From: Dicyema japonicum
Taxonomy: Eukaryota > Animalia > Dicyemida
Assembly (NCBI GenBank): GCA_011109175.1
Contig: RDEW01000011.1
Span: forward strand, 869,061-933,060
Direction of reading: 5' to 3'
DNA length: 64,000 nt
A model generated the notes under the pieces. That model was not told where the DNA came from, did not search any database, and saw only the letters and a list, made by a program, of their open reading frames with translations. Shown piece after piece: positions 25,701 through 38,200 of this stretch; within the stretch, counting starts at the first letter, position 1, and each line of letters begins with the position of its first letter. The translations under genes and the position numbers were made by a program.

Positions 25701-26537
25701 GGCTAAAAAAAGAAGGAAAAAAAAGATTTTGGTTAGATAATCAAAAATTTGAGTTGAACCGAAAGGTTTTTTGGTAGGATATCAAATTTTAGGAAGAGAG
25801 TTGAGATTTTGCAGGGAGATAGTCTCTCCTGTATGCTATTTGTTCTGTTAGACCCACTTAGCCGCCTATTGTCTTACAAGTGTTTAATGGTCTCTTTGGG
25901 ACGAAAAGGTCGCAATTGTAAATCATTTTAGACAAATAATCTTCTCTTTATTGATGATCCGAAGCTTATCTCGACAAGTGATGATGTCATTGTTAGAGGA
26001 GGAGGACTTACTATGTTGTTGTTGACGGAGACAAAAATGCTGGATGGGATTGATGGATAAAAGCACTTGGGTTTATTGAAAGACCATTCAGGCAAATGCA
26101 AAAACTGAAATGCTGAATATATTGGGAAAAGTAATAATGTGGAACTTTGTGGATAAAGCATTCGGGAGAAGTTAACGGAACATGGGAGCAATAAACAGTG
26201 GGGGATTGCATCTATACTGTAACAATCTAGGAAAAAGGAATGCAAGTCACATTTTGATAATTATTCCAAGAAAAAGTCCTATTCTCCTTATTAGTTAAAA
26301 TTTTTAATTTAATTTTTAATAAAAATAAAATTTTATTAACACATGTCTCATATGCTTTTGGTGGACTCTATATTTTTTGCCAGCAGTTAGCTGATCGATA
26401 TGATAGATGTCTCATACTATGGTTCACAAACAGCTTGGGTGATTGCATATTTATGTATTGGCTGATTAATTTTGATTTTTCACACTCAAAAATAAAAAAA
26501 ATGAATTTTACTATTAATTAATTCCTTCAACGAACTA

Positions 26538-26982
26538 TTGAAACTGGATTCGTTCCATAGAAGGCAACTAAGAAGCTTACTCGTAATGGAGTGGCCACGT
26601 AGAATGTCAACCACTGGTATCTACAACAAGTGTATGTGTTCTTACATCAGCAAGGATGTGATAGACGCCCGGTGGAGGCTATTTGGGTATGTACTAAGAA
26701 TGAACCCGGACTCACCCGCTAACAAAGCGATGGAAGATTACTTTGACAGTTGCGAAAAACCCTTCCGCGGACGACCTAGATCAACACTTCCGACAGCCTT
26801 AAACAAAGACTTAAATCGTGTGAGAAAAAATCTAAAGACGGGAGACGACCTGGACGAATTGAGATCACTCGCATTCGACAGAGGAAGATGGAAAAGACTA
26901 ACTATAACTATTGCTTCTTTGAGTGTTGCACATGCGGGGCTATAATCATTATGGCTTCGTGAAAGTGCCTTGATGATAATAA
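26538..26982 (+). mobile_element. RTE-clade LINE 3' end
   Basis: KLDSFHRRQLR..RWRLFGYVLRMNPDSPANKAMEDYF..FRGRPRSTLP..AHAGL*. Tail ATGGCTTCGTGAAAGTGCCTTGATGATAATAA. Confidence 0.92.
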
Positions 26983-26999
26983 CCACTGCCCTGCACATT

Positions 27000-27446
27000 G
27001 TGTTCCGCCGAACTTGAAAATATAGAACGCGTTTTCTTCAATTCATGGATACTTGCACTATAAAATCTTCAACAGTAATTTTACCAGATGCTAGTTACTC
27101 TATATGACAGAATTATCGGAAACTCAAAATATTTCTGTACCCAATTCTTACAAGAAATTGACTTTAAATGGTTCTATTTTCTTTTACAAAAATGGCTTAG
27201 GAAGACGTATCCGATGAGAAGATCGGAAGTTTTCTAATTTCTTCAATAAGAAAGTACAAAACAAGTATTACTGAGCCAATGAAAGACAGTTGTGTTAAAT
27301 ATTTTTTTAATAAAACTTAAATATGTTTTTTTGTTCATTTAAGGCATTTTCTAAAAAATTGCTCTTCAAAATTATTGAGTTTATTTTTTTTCAAATTGGC
27401 CATTTCACGAAAGGAGCTAAAAATGGCGCATTTGCGAGGGTCACTG
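27000..27446. mobile_element. pogo-like element, right end only
   Basis: Ends CATTTGCGAGGGTCACTG-TA, similar to the TIR of 46634-47179. No left TIR found. Confidence 0.55.
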
Positions 27447-27549
27447 TACTTTATTAATAACTGAATTTTAGGAGTTAGAAGGTACATTGTTTTAGTCCTG
27501 CCACGTGGTTTGGAAATTTATCCAGTTCCTCTCTCCTGTTGCCTCACTG

Positions 27550-28960
27550 ATCCGTAAAAGAGTTGGACTTTGGTTATCATCGTGAAACCATTTATCCTCG
27601 CCTCCACCACTCGGTTTCAGTATCTTCTTCCTCATCTAGATTATCGCATAACCTCCTTCCTACCAAAAACTTCATTTCCGCTCTCCCGTTTTCTCCAATA
27701 GGAATATTGTTCTACCCTTCTTCGAGGAGAACCACCCCTCGGATCCATAAAGCAAATTGAGTAAAATTATTACCGAAAGATAATTTTTTGGATATCTTTC
27801 TTCTTCCTTACTCTGATGTCTTCCATACATACACCCCCACTGTCAACATCCACACCTCAAATATCGTAGCCAATGTGCATTCCTCACGTGTATTCTTGTC
27901 CGAGTTGTTCCCTACACGATTACTCGTAGCCGTTAGACTTTTCAGCACGGTTTAACTCTCTCATGCTACGTCAATTATCCATATACTCTTTGAGTCTCTT
28001 TTTTGAGAGGACCGACTCCCTGGACGTATAATAATAATGTCGTCCGCATATATTAGTATTCCTGAGTTTAAACTCAGCGGTTTATGTAAACTCGATATTA
28101 ATAGGATAGGACTGAGCCCTGTAGGACCCTGATCCTGGAGATAGCTCCCCCAACTTTAACACAGTACTCCCTTCCATTAAGATATTTCTTATCCACTCGA
28201 ATAGATATATTGTAACGTCCACCAACACGAGCTAGAAAGAATGGCTTCGTGGCCAACACTGTCAAATAGAAATATCGTCATAACAGGTTAAGCTGCTCTC
28301 GGGCATCTATTACCTTCATAACCTCCGAATTCAACTCGTGGAAACAGTCTGCACACGACCTCCCAGGACGAGAACCCCATTGTTGGAAGTAAGAAATCAT
28401 TGGCTTTCGATAGGCTTTCGATATGCTAATAATCTGTTCAATAACTTTCGCAATAGAACACACAAGACTGAAGGTCTATTGCTCAGAGGATCCCTTTTCA
28501 AACCCCTGGCTTAAGGACCATCCTCGACCTGTTTCATAGTTGTGGAATAAACCCAAGCCTGATACTTGCATTGAAGAGTTTTTGTAAAACACAATACATT
28601 ACATTCGGTCCCCCATTGAGCATCAAGTTTATATGATCCCGGCTCACTGCAGATACGTCGAATCAAGGGAAAACATCCTCGACGATACCCAGCTTCAAAC
28701 TGACGATAAATTCCTGTGGGACATATCCCACACACTTCATGCCTAATTTCTCAATTGATTAGTCACTAATCTGCTATGTTCAAGTTCTAAGACACGTGGA
28801 CATAGGTTGTGCTTTAGTGGGATGTGTGCACGTTAGTTAACATCAATATTTTATTGTCTTTAAAAGTTCATATCTTTGTGAGTCATCAATTTTTGTTATA
28901 AGGCCAAAACTTATTGGGTCATAAAATGCCGATAATATCGTTTATAATCCACAAAAGTGC
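27550..28960 (-). mobile_element. CR1/Jockey-like LINE RT remnant
   Basis: KLFNASIRLGFIP, QWGSRPGRSC, VLQGSVLS and IYADDIII on the minus strand. Frameshifted. Confidence 0.8.
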
Positions 28961-29429
28961 CGATTTGGACAATGAACAGACGCATCTACCCCCAATATAA
29001 CCAGAAAGATATTGACGAGAGGAACCTCATTCTACAGAATTGTCTGGCCAACAGTTTGGTGCTCTCTGAGTCTTAGTAAAGTCCAAGGTGGACAACCAAG
29101 TCTACGTAAACGGTCCTCTAGCCTACAGGATCATGAAGACTATCAAAATCTGGAAAAAGAAAGCCGGAATACAGGAAACCGAAAAATATAATTTCACTCA
29201 AAATTCGGGATTAGGACGAATGAAGCAAGCAAACAGATTGAGGTAAAAAACAAGCAAATTTGCGACAAAATCCACTCCATAAAGAACTACATCGACACGA
29301 TCGACCACCTGGAGTTCTTCAAGGTATGGATTCTTCTAAGACATCCTAGATGACCAGACTACTTCTACACAAAAACAGAATCCACGACATTGACCTTTAC
29401 ATAAAGCAATATTACCAAACAGACAGAAG

Positions 29430-30020
29430 AATTCATGTAATATTTGGTTACCATGGTGATATTAGAATTTGGTCAAATTGAGGTGTCCTCGTACATGAGA
29501 CTCAATAACTCATTAATAATAGACTTAATAAATTCCGTTTATTTTTGTCGGATTAGTTGTTACTAGATTCATCCACGTGTTATAGATTTATGGGTTAATG
29601 TAAGGTTCATGCCTAATTTATCAATTTTAAACCAATTTAGATAATTGAGTGGGTTCATTCCAATATTGATTTCCCCACATAGATTACGAATACTTTTTAA
29701 ATTATAAGCGCCCTCCCCGATAGTGATGTCTTTGAGTTTGCGCTTGACAGAGAGAAGGGAAGACCTTAGTTCAACCCTATTCATGACTTTTTTCAAAGAC
29801 GAATCGGGCACTTGGATGTTTTCTCCGAACCACCCGTCGATGATTCTAGCTTTTTCCTACCCAGGCCCTCCGTTGACTATTAGAACGTCCAGCACTAGCT
29901 ACTGCTTACTTGAGGACAAGCCAATGAGGTCGGGAGTTGCTAAAAATTACTTTTTGTCTACTAACTGGCCTATGAAAAGCCTTGAATTATTACTTATACA
30001 CGTGGACTTGAAATAACAAA
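29430..30020 (-). mobile_element. REL-type non-LTR retrotransposon remnant
   Basis: Degenerate region after RT, followed by YEDTSI-like segments. No intact ORF. Confidence 0.45.
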
Positions 30021-30894
30021 ATATGTCTAAAAAACCAACAGATATCTCATTTATGATTAAGTTTGCTACAAACCTTTTACCATTCACTGGAACACTGATA
30101 CTTTGGTTAAGTGATGTGAAAAAAATTTAAGGAATTTTTGCATATTAGTTTTAAAAAAGCCATCTAACGTCTCATTTGATGTTAAGCTTTCGACTATTTA
30201 GTATGGAAGGCAATAATGGGTCAAGGATTCATGACGTCTCAACACCGAGAGAGACAAGCGAATGGTCTTCCAAAATGGCACTTCAGAGAACACTACTTAA
30301 ACATGACTTATTATTTATTGCCCAAGATCACGGGATTAAGGGGAAGAATGAAAGTCATCCTTAGTGATTTCAGTTTCCACGGTCAGTTACACGGGCAATG
30401 TCAAAGACTCTATAACCCTGGATAGAGTCGTTTCATCAAAGGAAGCTCAGGACATTGGTCGGATTGAATTGACCATAGAAAATAGATAAGAATGCACATA
30501 ATGTTTGTTCCACTGGTCCTTTGATTCTCGATGGAGGATCTTTGGGCATACAGAGACTGGAAATGGATACCCCTGCTAATATACTGATGAAGGAGTACTT
30601 AATTGACATTGGGTCTCGTTTCTGTGGACGCTCACGAGTCACTTGATGCTGTTCTCAAATGCGTCAAAATAAAAATGAGATGTGGAGAACATCAGGACGA
30701 CTTGAGAGAGGTTGCATCTAAAATTATTAAGTAAAGTCTCCAAGTGACCCCATACAAACGAAAAAATCACATTTTCATTAATTTATAGTTTATTTAATTT
30801 TCGGCAATTTAGGTGAAAATTCAAATTATTATATTAATTTCATTTAATTAAATTATATTAAAATTAAATAATTTAAAATTTAAATATATTAACT

Positions 30895-32784
30895 ATGGTG
30901 AATCTACCGAGTGACATTTAATAAACTCTAATTTTTTAACAAAAATGATAAAATCAAACATATAATCGTAATCAACTTTGACCACAAAAACGGCTGCGAG
31001 GTTATTTGATAAACAAAGTCAGGTCGAATATTGCCATCCAGAAATAATTGCCGGCGAGCCTACCGCTTTACCCGAAAAGTGGGGCAACCTTCCATCACTA
31101 GCAATGCCAGACGGAGTACACCATATGACGAATGATGTCGTCTATTTCCACCTCCCATCTTTAGACGACTCATTCAAACCCATATTTGGAATCGTCTGCT
31201 GCAGGAAAATACTCAGCCAAGTCACAATTATGGTCACCTTAAGGACTTTAGCAAATCCGACCACGAAAATACGTACGTAACTCGCAACGCCATTTATAAG
31301 AGTATATGTGTGATCTCCACTTCGGTAGCGTTTAAATTTTAAAATAATTATTTTTTTATTATTAATTAAAATATTTTTTAATAGTTCTGTTACTACGAAG
31401 TGAGAGAATTACTCGAAATTGTGACAGACGCCTACATTGGTCAGGGAGACTATAGCAAATATACTATTCTGGAGGATGGAATGCTGGTAATGAATCAGAA
31501 GCTCTCGGTGGTTTTAAATAGCAATGAACCCGCAGGTATTGCCTATATGGTAATATAGATTGTGGTATTGGCAAGACAATCGTGGAGACTGGGAGTATTT
31601 TCTTGGTCTTATTCAAGTCAATTTTATTAGAAAAGCGAGTTGACAAGGTTTTGACTTATTTGAAGGTTTTGGTTAATTTGGCTGGAAACAGACAGCTTTC
31701 TGAACTGATTCTGTCAATTCTATCAGTCATTCCAGGTCATTATCCGTAAGTTTGAGATTATTGACTTTAGACTCACTGATGAACTATTAGCTTACTCTTC
31801 ACTTTTGACTAATTCTCTAAGCAAAATTGTAGGAATTTTCTTACCATTTAGCCGCCTAAAAATGATGTGGACGATGTAGGTAATGTTAAAGATCTTTTTT
31901 TTAATTTATTATTTTATTTATTGAATCTATTTAATATTTAAATATTAAGCGGGAAATTTAATTATTTATGATATGGTAAAATTTTTAGATAAAACTCCAC
32001 AAGTTGACGACTCTTCTTCAGATTGTAAGTCAGAGGACTCTAATTCAGATGAAGTCCACGATTTGGATTCTGTTTATTTTTGTTAACTAATCCTCTAGAT
32101 TCCTTTATCACCTCAGAGCAATAAAGACTCTTCGGATTCTCTTGGAGATGAAGAGGCTGAGTTATCCCTTACGATTTTTTCTGAGGTTCTCCAGTTTTTT
32201 TCATTAAAGAAATTTGAGTTTCATCCTTCTACTTCGTTAGAAATGCTTCCTAAACTAATAACCGTTCGCCTCCCTGGGTTCCTCGTCGGCTCAGCCAACC
32301 AGCTTTTCTGCGAATTCGAGAGTCTCTCTGACTTGGCCTTCACCGATGTATTGTAATCCCTTCAAAATAGGACGGTAGAGGAAAGCTCACTTTAAGAATA
32401 TTTAACCAGTCATTGAAAGCTCCCCTTAGGTTGACATCTTCGGATATTCGTTTTTATGAGAAAATAGTGAGCTTTGTTAAGGACTCCAAACTCCGACAGG
32501 TCGATAGGTGGGTTAGTTCCCAGTTTAATGAATATGTGTTAGGATTGTGTAATGTGGCCTATAATAACTGTAATTGTGCTTTTCCATGTTAGTGTGGTTT
32601 AAGTCTAAACTGTATAATAGCAAGTTTGTTAAACTTTGGAAAATCACTGAGAACTACAAAGTGTGGTCTCGACTTTCCCAAGTGCCACCAAACGCTCTGT
32701 AAGAATGCAACTGACTTGATAGACATCCTGGAAGGAGGGTGATCTTCCCCAATAAGAAAAGATGATTTTAATGTCCATTTGTGA
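30895..32784 (+). CDS. AVL9: AVL9/DENND6-family late secretory pathway protein
   Basis: Spliced product: HIIVINFDHKNGCE|VEYCHP, KWGNLPSLAMPDGVH..VYFHLP..IFGIVCCRKI, VTRNAIYKSICVIS, LFKSILLEKR, GFLVGSANQLF, LTSSDIRF, WVSSQFNEY, FVKLWKITENYKVW. About 15 introns, mostly 22-27 nt, plus one of 60 nt and one of about 110 nt. The start at 30895 requires GT-TG intron 30911-30947. Confidence 0.92.
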
Positions 32785-33199
32785 GGATATATTAATTTTT
32801 GAATTAAATTATTATTTAGTTAAATATATATTTTTTATTTATTTCAAATGTTTTAATTGATAATTATTTAACTCACGTTTTGTTGGTTTGTTTGTGTGGT
32901 AGTAGCCAAATGATGAGAATGGCGTTTAATGAAGCCATTAATGGTCGTATTAAGGACACAATGAGGAAGTGTTATTGTGTAGTACAGGCGACCAACATTA
33001 TAATGCTATTTATTATTAGCTACATACTGCTAATGATTAATCTTTAGTAATCTGATGGCTGCTCATTTAATAATACTAAAAGTATGTTCTCTTACTGGCG
33101 TATTAACAGTGACAATGATTATTATGTTAAACTGTGACGCTAATAGTCCAATGATATAGAAAGATTTCTCAGAGTACACTGACAGTCTTGCAAGACAGG

Positions 33200-33800
33200 A
33201 ATTTGTTCTTTCCTATGTCGGGGACATTATGTGACCATTGCAAAAAAACAAAAAAACTGTACCACCTGGCCACTCTGTGGTAGAAAGTTTAGCAGTGATT
33301 AACGTCCTAAGACACAACGAATCTGTAAAATGCTTACATCTCATTTATGCAGAGTATATGGATTCGAAAAGGCTAGAAAGTTGTGGGTACGTTGAGATGA
33401 GAGTCGATTCTGACTGAAACGAAGGTACTGTTGAAAAAACCAGATATTTTTTTGTATATAAAAAGATCAAAAATGAGATAATTTTGATCAAAGTGGGAAT
33501 CACATCTCTGGATCGCCTAAAACAAGTGGAAGTAGAAAAATGTCCAAGTAGGACATCCTGCATTGCTCGAAAGCATGCTAATTGAACACGGGATGAAGGT
33601 CTCCGATGAAGACTACGCCTCTGTTACCTCTCAACTTGTGGAACTTGTATGCCGTGAGGATGTCCACTGAACTCCAACATATAATTCGACTGACCTGGAT
33701 ACGGAGATCGAGAAAAAGAGGGAGTTGGTGACACACTCGTCTTCTAAGACAAGGAGAAGGATTACCAGCGATCTGGATAAAAATCCACTTAGATAATTTA
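33200..33800 (+). mobile_element. R4/Dong-like remnant; 33590-33790 is an inverted homolog of 40000-40180
   Basis: CDHCKKT..HLATL..RHNESVKCLHL. Shared DNA such as ATTACCAGCGATCTGGAT and TCTTCTAAGACAA. Confidence 0.7.
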
Positions 33801-34053
33801 CTTTTTATTGTCCTTAATAATTGTAATGGCCAGATTGACATGACGTAAATGCTCATATTAAGGTAATAGGGGAAACAGTATCAGTTTTGTTATAATAGCG
33901 TTCCCAGGTCTGTGGCATCGTATATGGCCTCTGAAAGTCTTTTAGATTGACCACGGTGAGTGGGGCTGGAATATGAGTTTACAGATTCTTGGGTGTGACC
34001 TTCATAATGAAAAAAGGAATTAGTTTTCTCAATAGAAGTATGTGTTCAATGAG

Positions 34054-34300
34054 TAGGGCAATTTTTATTTTGAATATAAATTCGAAATTTGACCAAAAAT
34101 TGACTTTATTGACTTTAAAATTTCAAAAATTGACCTTTTTGACTTTATGGCAAATTTATCTAAAAAAAAATTTTAAATATAAAAAACTAATCGAAAACTC
34201 ATTTAAAATATAGAATAATGTAATTCAAAACTTTTTACGTTAAAAATTTCGGTCATTAGATGATAATTTTACAATAATAAAAAATCTTTACTGAATAATA
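34054..34300. mobile_element. hAT-like terminus with TTGACTTT subterminal repeats (solo end)
   Basis: Starts TAGGGCAA like the 5564 TIR and has clustered TTGAC(T/C) repeats. Similar in reverse to 57480-57580. Confidence 0.5.
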
Positions 34301-34499
34301 ATGTGGAAGGAGATTTTTTCAAAAAGTCGTATATGCATTGAGAAGTATGTTGTATTTTCATTTTTTGTAATAGAAAAAACTAATTAACAAACTTAGATTC
34401 CAGATACTTTTTATTCCCCATAAATCGTTACTAAAATACAATTTTTGAATATTATAACTGCGTGTTCTATTGTGAAGTCAAGCAAGTTTATTCTTTTAT

Positions 34500-34982
34500 T
34501 TAAACTGCCATCCATCCAAAGTGGAGCCCGCCGACATTATCGACGTTGCGTTGCCTCTCACGATTGCAACAGAGATCAACTGGAGTAGCCACCGGGTCTC
34601 ACGTGCGTCGTGGTTTTAGTGTAGCTAAGCGTCCAAGTTTCTTTAGGAAGCTTATTCTTCCAGTTGTCTCGACCACTATCGGATAAAACGCGAATCGGTC
34701 GCGTAGCGCTTCGTATTTCTTTCTTTTGCCCTCATCGTTTTTTCCGCGAATACAGTGTGTCTACCGCGCTCCCGACAATGTTGGACGGGCAAAGCGTGTC
34801 GACACAAGTAGCGTCCCAGACCAAAGGTTTCCCCTCTTCGAATGGGAAAATTGTGATCCCGTCGGGACGTTTTCCGTCCCCTCTGTCCAGGCCAACAGGT
34901 TCTAGTATGGCTGGGTATCCCGCAGACTCCAGGGCTCACTTGACAATTCCGTTGATCCCCTTGTGTCTTGGGAATCGTCCGT
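34500..34982 (-). mobile_element. CRE-like 3' fragment
   Basis: [64 protein letters not shown]. Confidence 0.88.
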
Positions 34983-35037
34983 GAAGTAAAACTGAAAATT
35001 AAAACAATAAAACTTCATTCGAGTAGCATGCCTCGAA

Positions 35038-36100
35038 GTGATTCTAGTGTTCGATATACAAGAGTCACTATCGAACAAAAAGTTCAAACATTGCGTAAGG
35101 ACGGCAACAACTTATTATCATGCCAAAGAAAAAGCTGACATAAAGGGATTGACAAATTCTCACCAAGCACAAGGCGTCTCCTACCAAATGGCGTCCCTCA
35201 AGGATCGTCCCTCTCTCCGGCGTTATTCAACTTATTCCTCAACGATTTACCCTGGAAGACCAGATTCAATTCTTCTCACTTATGCTGACGACATAATCAT
35301 CGCTAGCAGGAACAAATACGTGGGTACAGCAAAATCAGAGTTTTAGTCACATATTGACGACCTGGGAGCCTGGTTTAAGTTGAATCGTCTCTCCATATCC
35401 AGGGATAAATTAACGTATACAATCTTCACCACGGACAGAAAAGAAAAACATACACTGGATTTGAACATTTATGGAGACTCTTTACCACTACAGATTCGTC
35501 CAACGATCCTGGGAGTGACATTTGACCCTTTGATGACATTTTCTCAACATTTGAAGAACGTTATGACAAAGGGTCTCAGGAAACTGAATATAATCAAACC
35601 GCTCTTAAAGTCCAGGCCGTCACGGGAATGCGCTGTCGTCTTGTACAATCAACTTCTAAAACCGACGGTAGAGTATGCTTGTGCTTCAATATCCAATTCA
35701 TTCAAGATCAACTCTCTAACAGCCAAACTGGCACGTCTAACATCAATAATAAGGCTTCCCCGAGAGTTAGAGCCTTGGGGGTAAAACCATTAGGTTTGGC
35801 GTTCACTAAGATATCCACGCAATTAGAAATGTCTGTGTGATAATGGTATTTGAAAATAGTCAGGACTCCTCAGCACATCCAAGACATCCCTTCCTAAGCA
35901 CGATATCCCGGAAGATCATGGTTAAAGATCAAGAATGGAGTTTTCTCTCTTGAATAATTTGACGTCCACGTCATGCTTAGAAAAAGTGCCCGTAGCTACA
36001 GGATCTCCGACCATTTCCATTAACATGATGTTTAAAGGAGTCGGGTTGACATCTCCTGAGCATAGGGGGAGCGCAATGTAATTAACATTCTTTCGACAAA
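35038..36100 (+). mobile_element. Jockey/I-like LINE RT C-terminal remnant
   Basis: LLTYADDIII..PTILGVTFDPLMTFSQH..LYNQLLKPTVEYAC. Confidence 0.85.
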
Positions 36101-36894
36101 AGCACCCATCAGTTGGTCGAAAGCGGGAAATAATAGTTTTCTTTAAATACTAATTGATATTGTGCTCCACCAGAAACATGTGTACCACGTGGCTTAGAAT
36201 CCCCACCACACACCACCTCAGACGCTATTAACATAAAGTATTAAAATTTGTCTTCAAAAAATCATAAATTAAGCATAATAGTACATTTAAAAATCCTCTT
36301 CGTCAAAAGATAAAAGTCTACTTTCACAAACCTTAGTGCACGTGGAAGCTGAGGAATCTTTACTAGACTTGTTACTCCTTGTTCGCTTAGTCTTGGTCTC
36401 CTCCCCAAGTGTGGAGGCAGAATGTAGTAAATTCCCAGCCTGACTTCCACTCGGCTTCTTGAAGACAACTTTTCGTTCTAGTCAATAAGAATAACAACAG
36501 ACTTCTCAAATGAATGCTTTCCACGACCTGTTTGGCCACGTGCTCATCTATACGACAATCCGACCGCTCAAGGTCGATTTGTGGAAGTTCATCGTGGATT
36601 TCTCCGTCGTCTGCATAGTCCAGCTTTGCCTTCTAGTATGGATAAGAAACCTAAGACCTTGGCTTCAGAATCTTCAGGGCTTTGTAGTCAACTCGTTTTT
36701 TGATTTCTTTAAGAAAAGTTGGGTCACTTTGGGAAACGAAAGTTATCTTTTTAGGCATTTTAGTTGAGACCACAAGGTACACAAAATTTCAATTTGAATA
36801 TTTAAATTTTAAAAATTTCTAAAATTAATATATTTATAATAAAAACTACATTTTTATCTAATAATTCCTTTTTCTATATCAATCCTAAAAGTGC

Positions 36895-37023
36895 CGTGTG
36901 ACTCGTCTACGTGGTGGCATCGCTCACTTGAAGTGTTGGAAAGAGTCGCAAACTCCCTATCCCGCAACCATGGACGCGTGGATGGTGTCGAATCCTACTC
37001 CTTTCCTGTGGAGATGTCGAAGA
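36895..37023. other. 129-bp insertion flanked by 14-bp direct repeats
   Basis: AATCCTAAAAGTGC at 36881-36894 and 37024-37037. GC-rich insert with no obvious tail or TIR. Confidence 0.65.
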
Positions 37024-37249
37024 AATCCTAAAAGTGCTTTAAAAAATTTGATATAAAAAGTTTGAGTCAATGCCATGCCCGATGAGAAGAGCATACATGA
37101 CTCTCTCCCTTGTCGGTGTGAGATCACTTTTATTTCTTTTTTGACCCAGCGATCTTTGGGTAATAATAATTTGACAATCTGCGACCTTAGTGAGTTAGTT
37201 AGGGGAGTATGTCTCGTCAGAGATTGAAACCCTCGTCGTCCTCTCTCAA

Positions 37250-38200
37250 AAAAAACTTCAAAAAATGCATACTCACAGCAGTTCCAATATAGGTTCCCAA
37301 AAGATGCATCCCAGCGGAAAAACTACTCTTCACCAAGGACATCATCGACCTTCCAAAAGAGAGACGCTACAAAAAGAAATAGCATCCAGATCACTAACTC
37401 AGCCATCAGACTACCCAATATAACCTAATGATCCCCGACCACATCCTCAAAACAAAAGGTCGAAGAGTTTGTATCGTATCTGGACCATCGGACCGAATTT
37501 TGAAACACATTGAAGAATGTGAGGAATGCAAAAGGCCCAGATGGAATATGCATATATCATCTAAAAATCTTGGGCAAATTGACTGTTGGCTCTTACGGAC
37601 TTCTTCCAAGCCTCTTGAGTTCAGGATTAGGGCCTATGCTCTGGAAACAATCGACAATAATCCCGACTCTCAAACCTAACAAGGACCCGCATGACTCAGG
37701 ATCCTTTCTACCACTTTCCCTCTTTTGTGAAGAATCAAGATCCTCAAGAGATCCATTATCAAATGGACACACTCACACCTAGATCTTTTCACTCCCACGC
37801 GTCTTCAGCGTCAAGTATTCAACCTCAACCCATCTTAGTTAATTGCGGATTCAATAATCACAAACCGCCACTCCTAATGATCTGTCTTCCTAAGGCCCTT
37901 GACAGGACCTCCCACCGCGTTGTTTTCAACAAGATAACCGCATCGAGTATTCCTCCATTCATACAGAGATGGCAGAAATCATTTCAACTTGATTATGTCA
38001 AAAAAATCTCGTGCCCGTTACCTTCCAAAAGAATTCCTACAAAGCTTTGCCATCTCACCAGCTTTTTTTAACCTCCACCTGAGTAGCATATCCGAGCTGG
38101 AAGATACTCTGGTCCTGTCATATGCGGATGACTAGATCCTCGATATATCAGGACCACTATTAACTACGTGAACACATCTTGGACTTTATCCTTCGAAACC
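37250..38200 (+). mobile_element. Jockey/I-like LINE RT remnant
   Basis: AKGPDGICIYHLKILG..WKQSTIIPTLKPNKDP, KALDRTSH, and SYADD near 38120. Confidence 0.85.

Noticed and set aside
23400-26260. Short ORFs as host genes
   Set aside because: They are stop-rich with no recognisable domain, and some pieces look like RT debris.
32880-33200. Possible small spliced gene downstream of AVL9
   Set aside because: Intron-like GT..AG segments exist, but no consistent open frame could be assembled, and the distal part is an R4-like remnant.
34510-34650. Conserved GC-rich island (also 57310-57455) as a novel ncRNA
   Set aside because: The minus strand translates to the CRE C-terminus (LISVAIVRGN), so it is a retrotransposon fragment.
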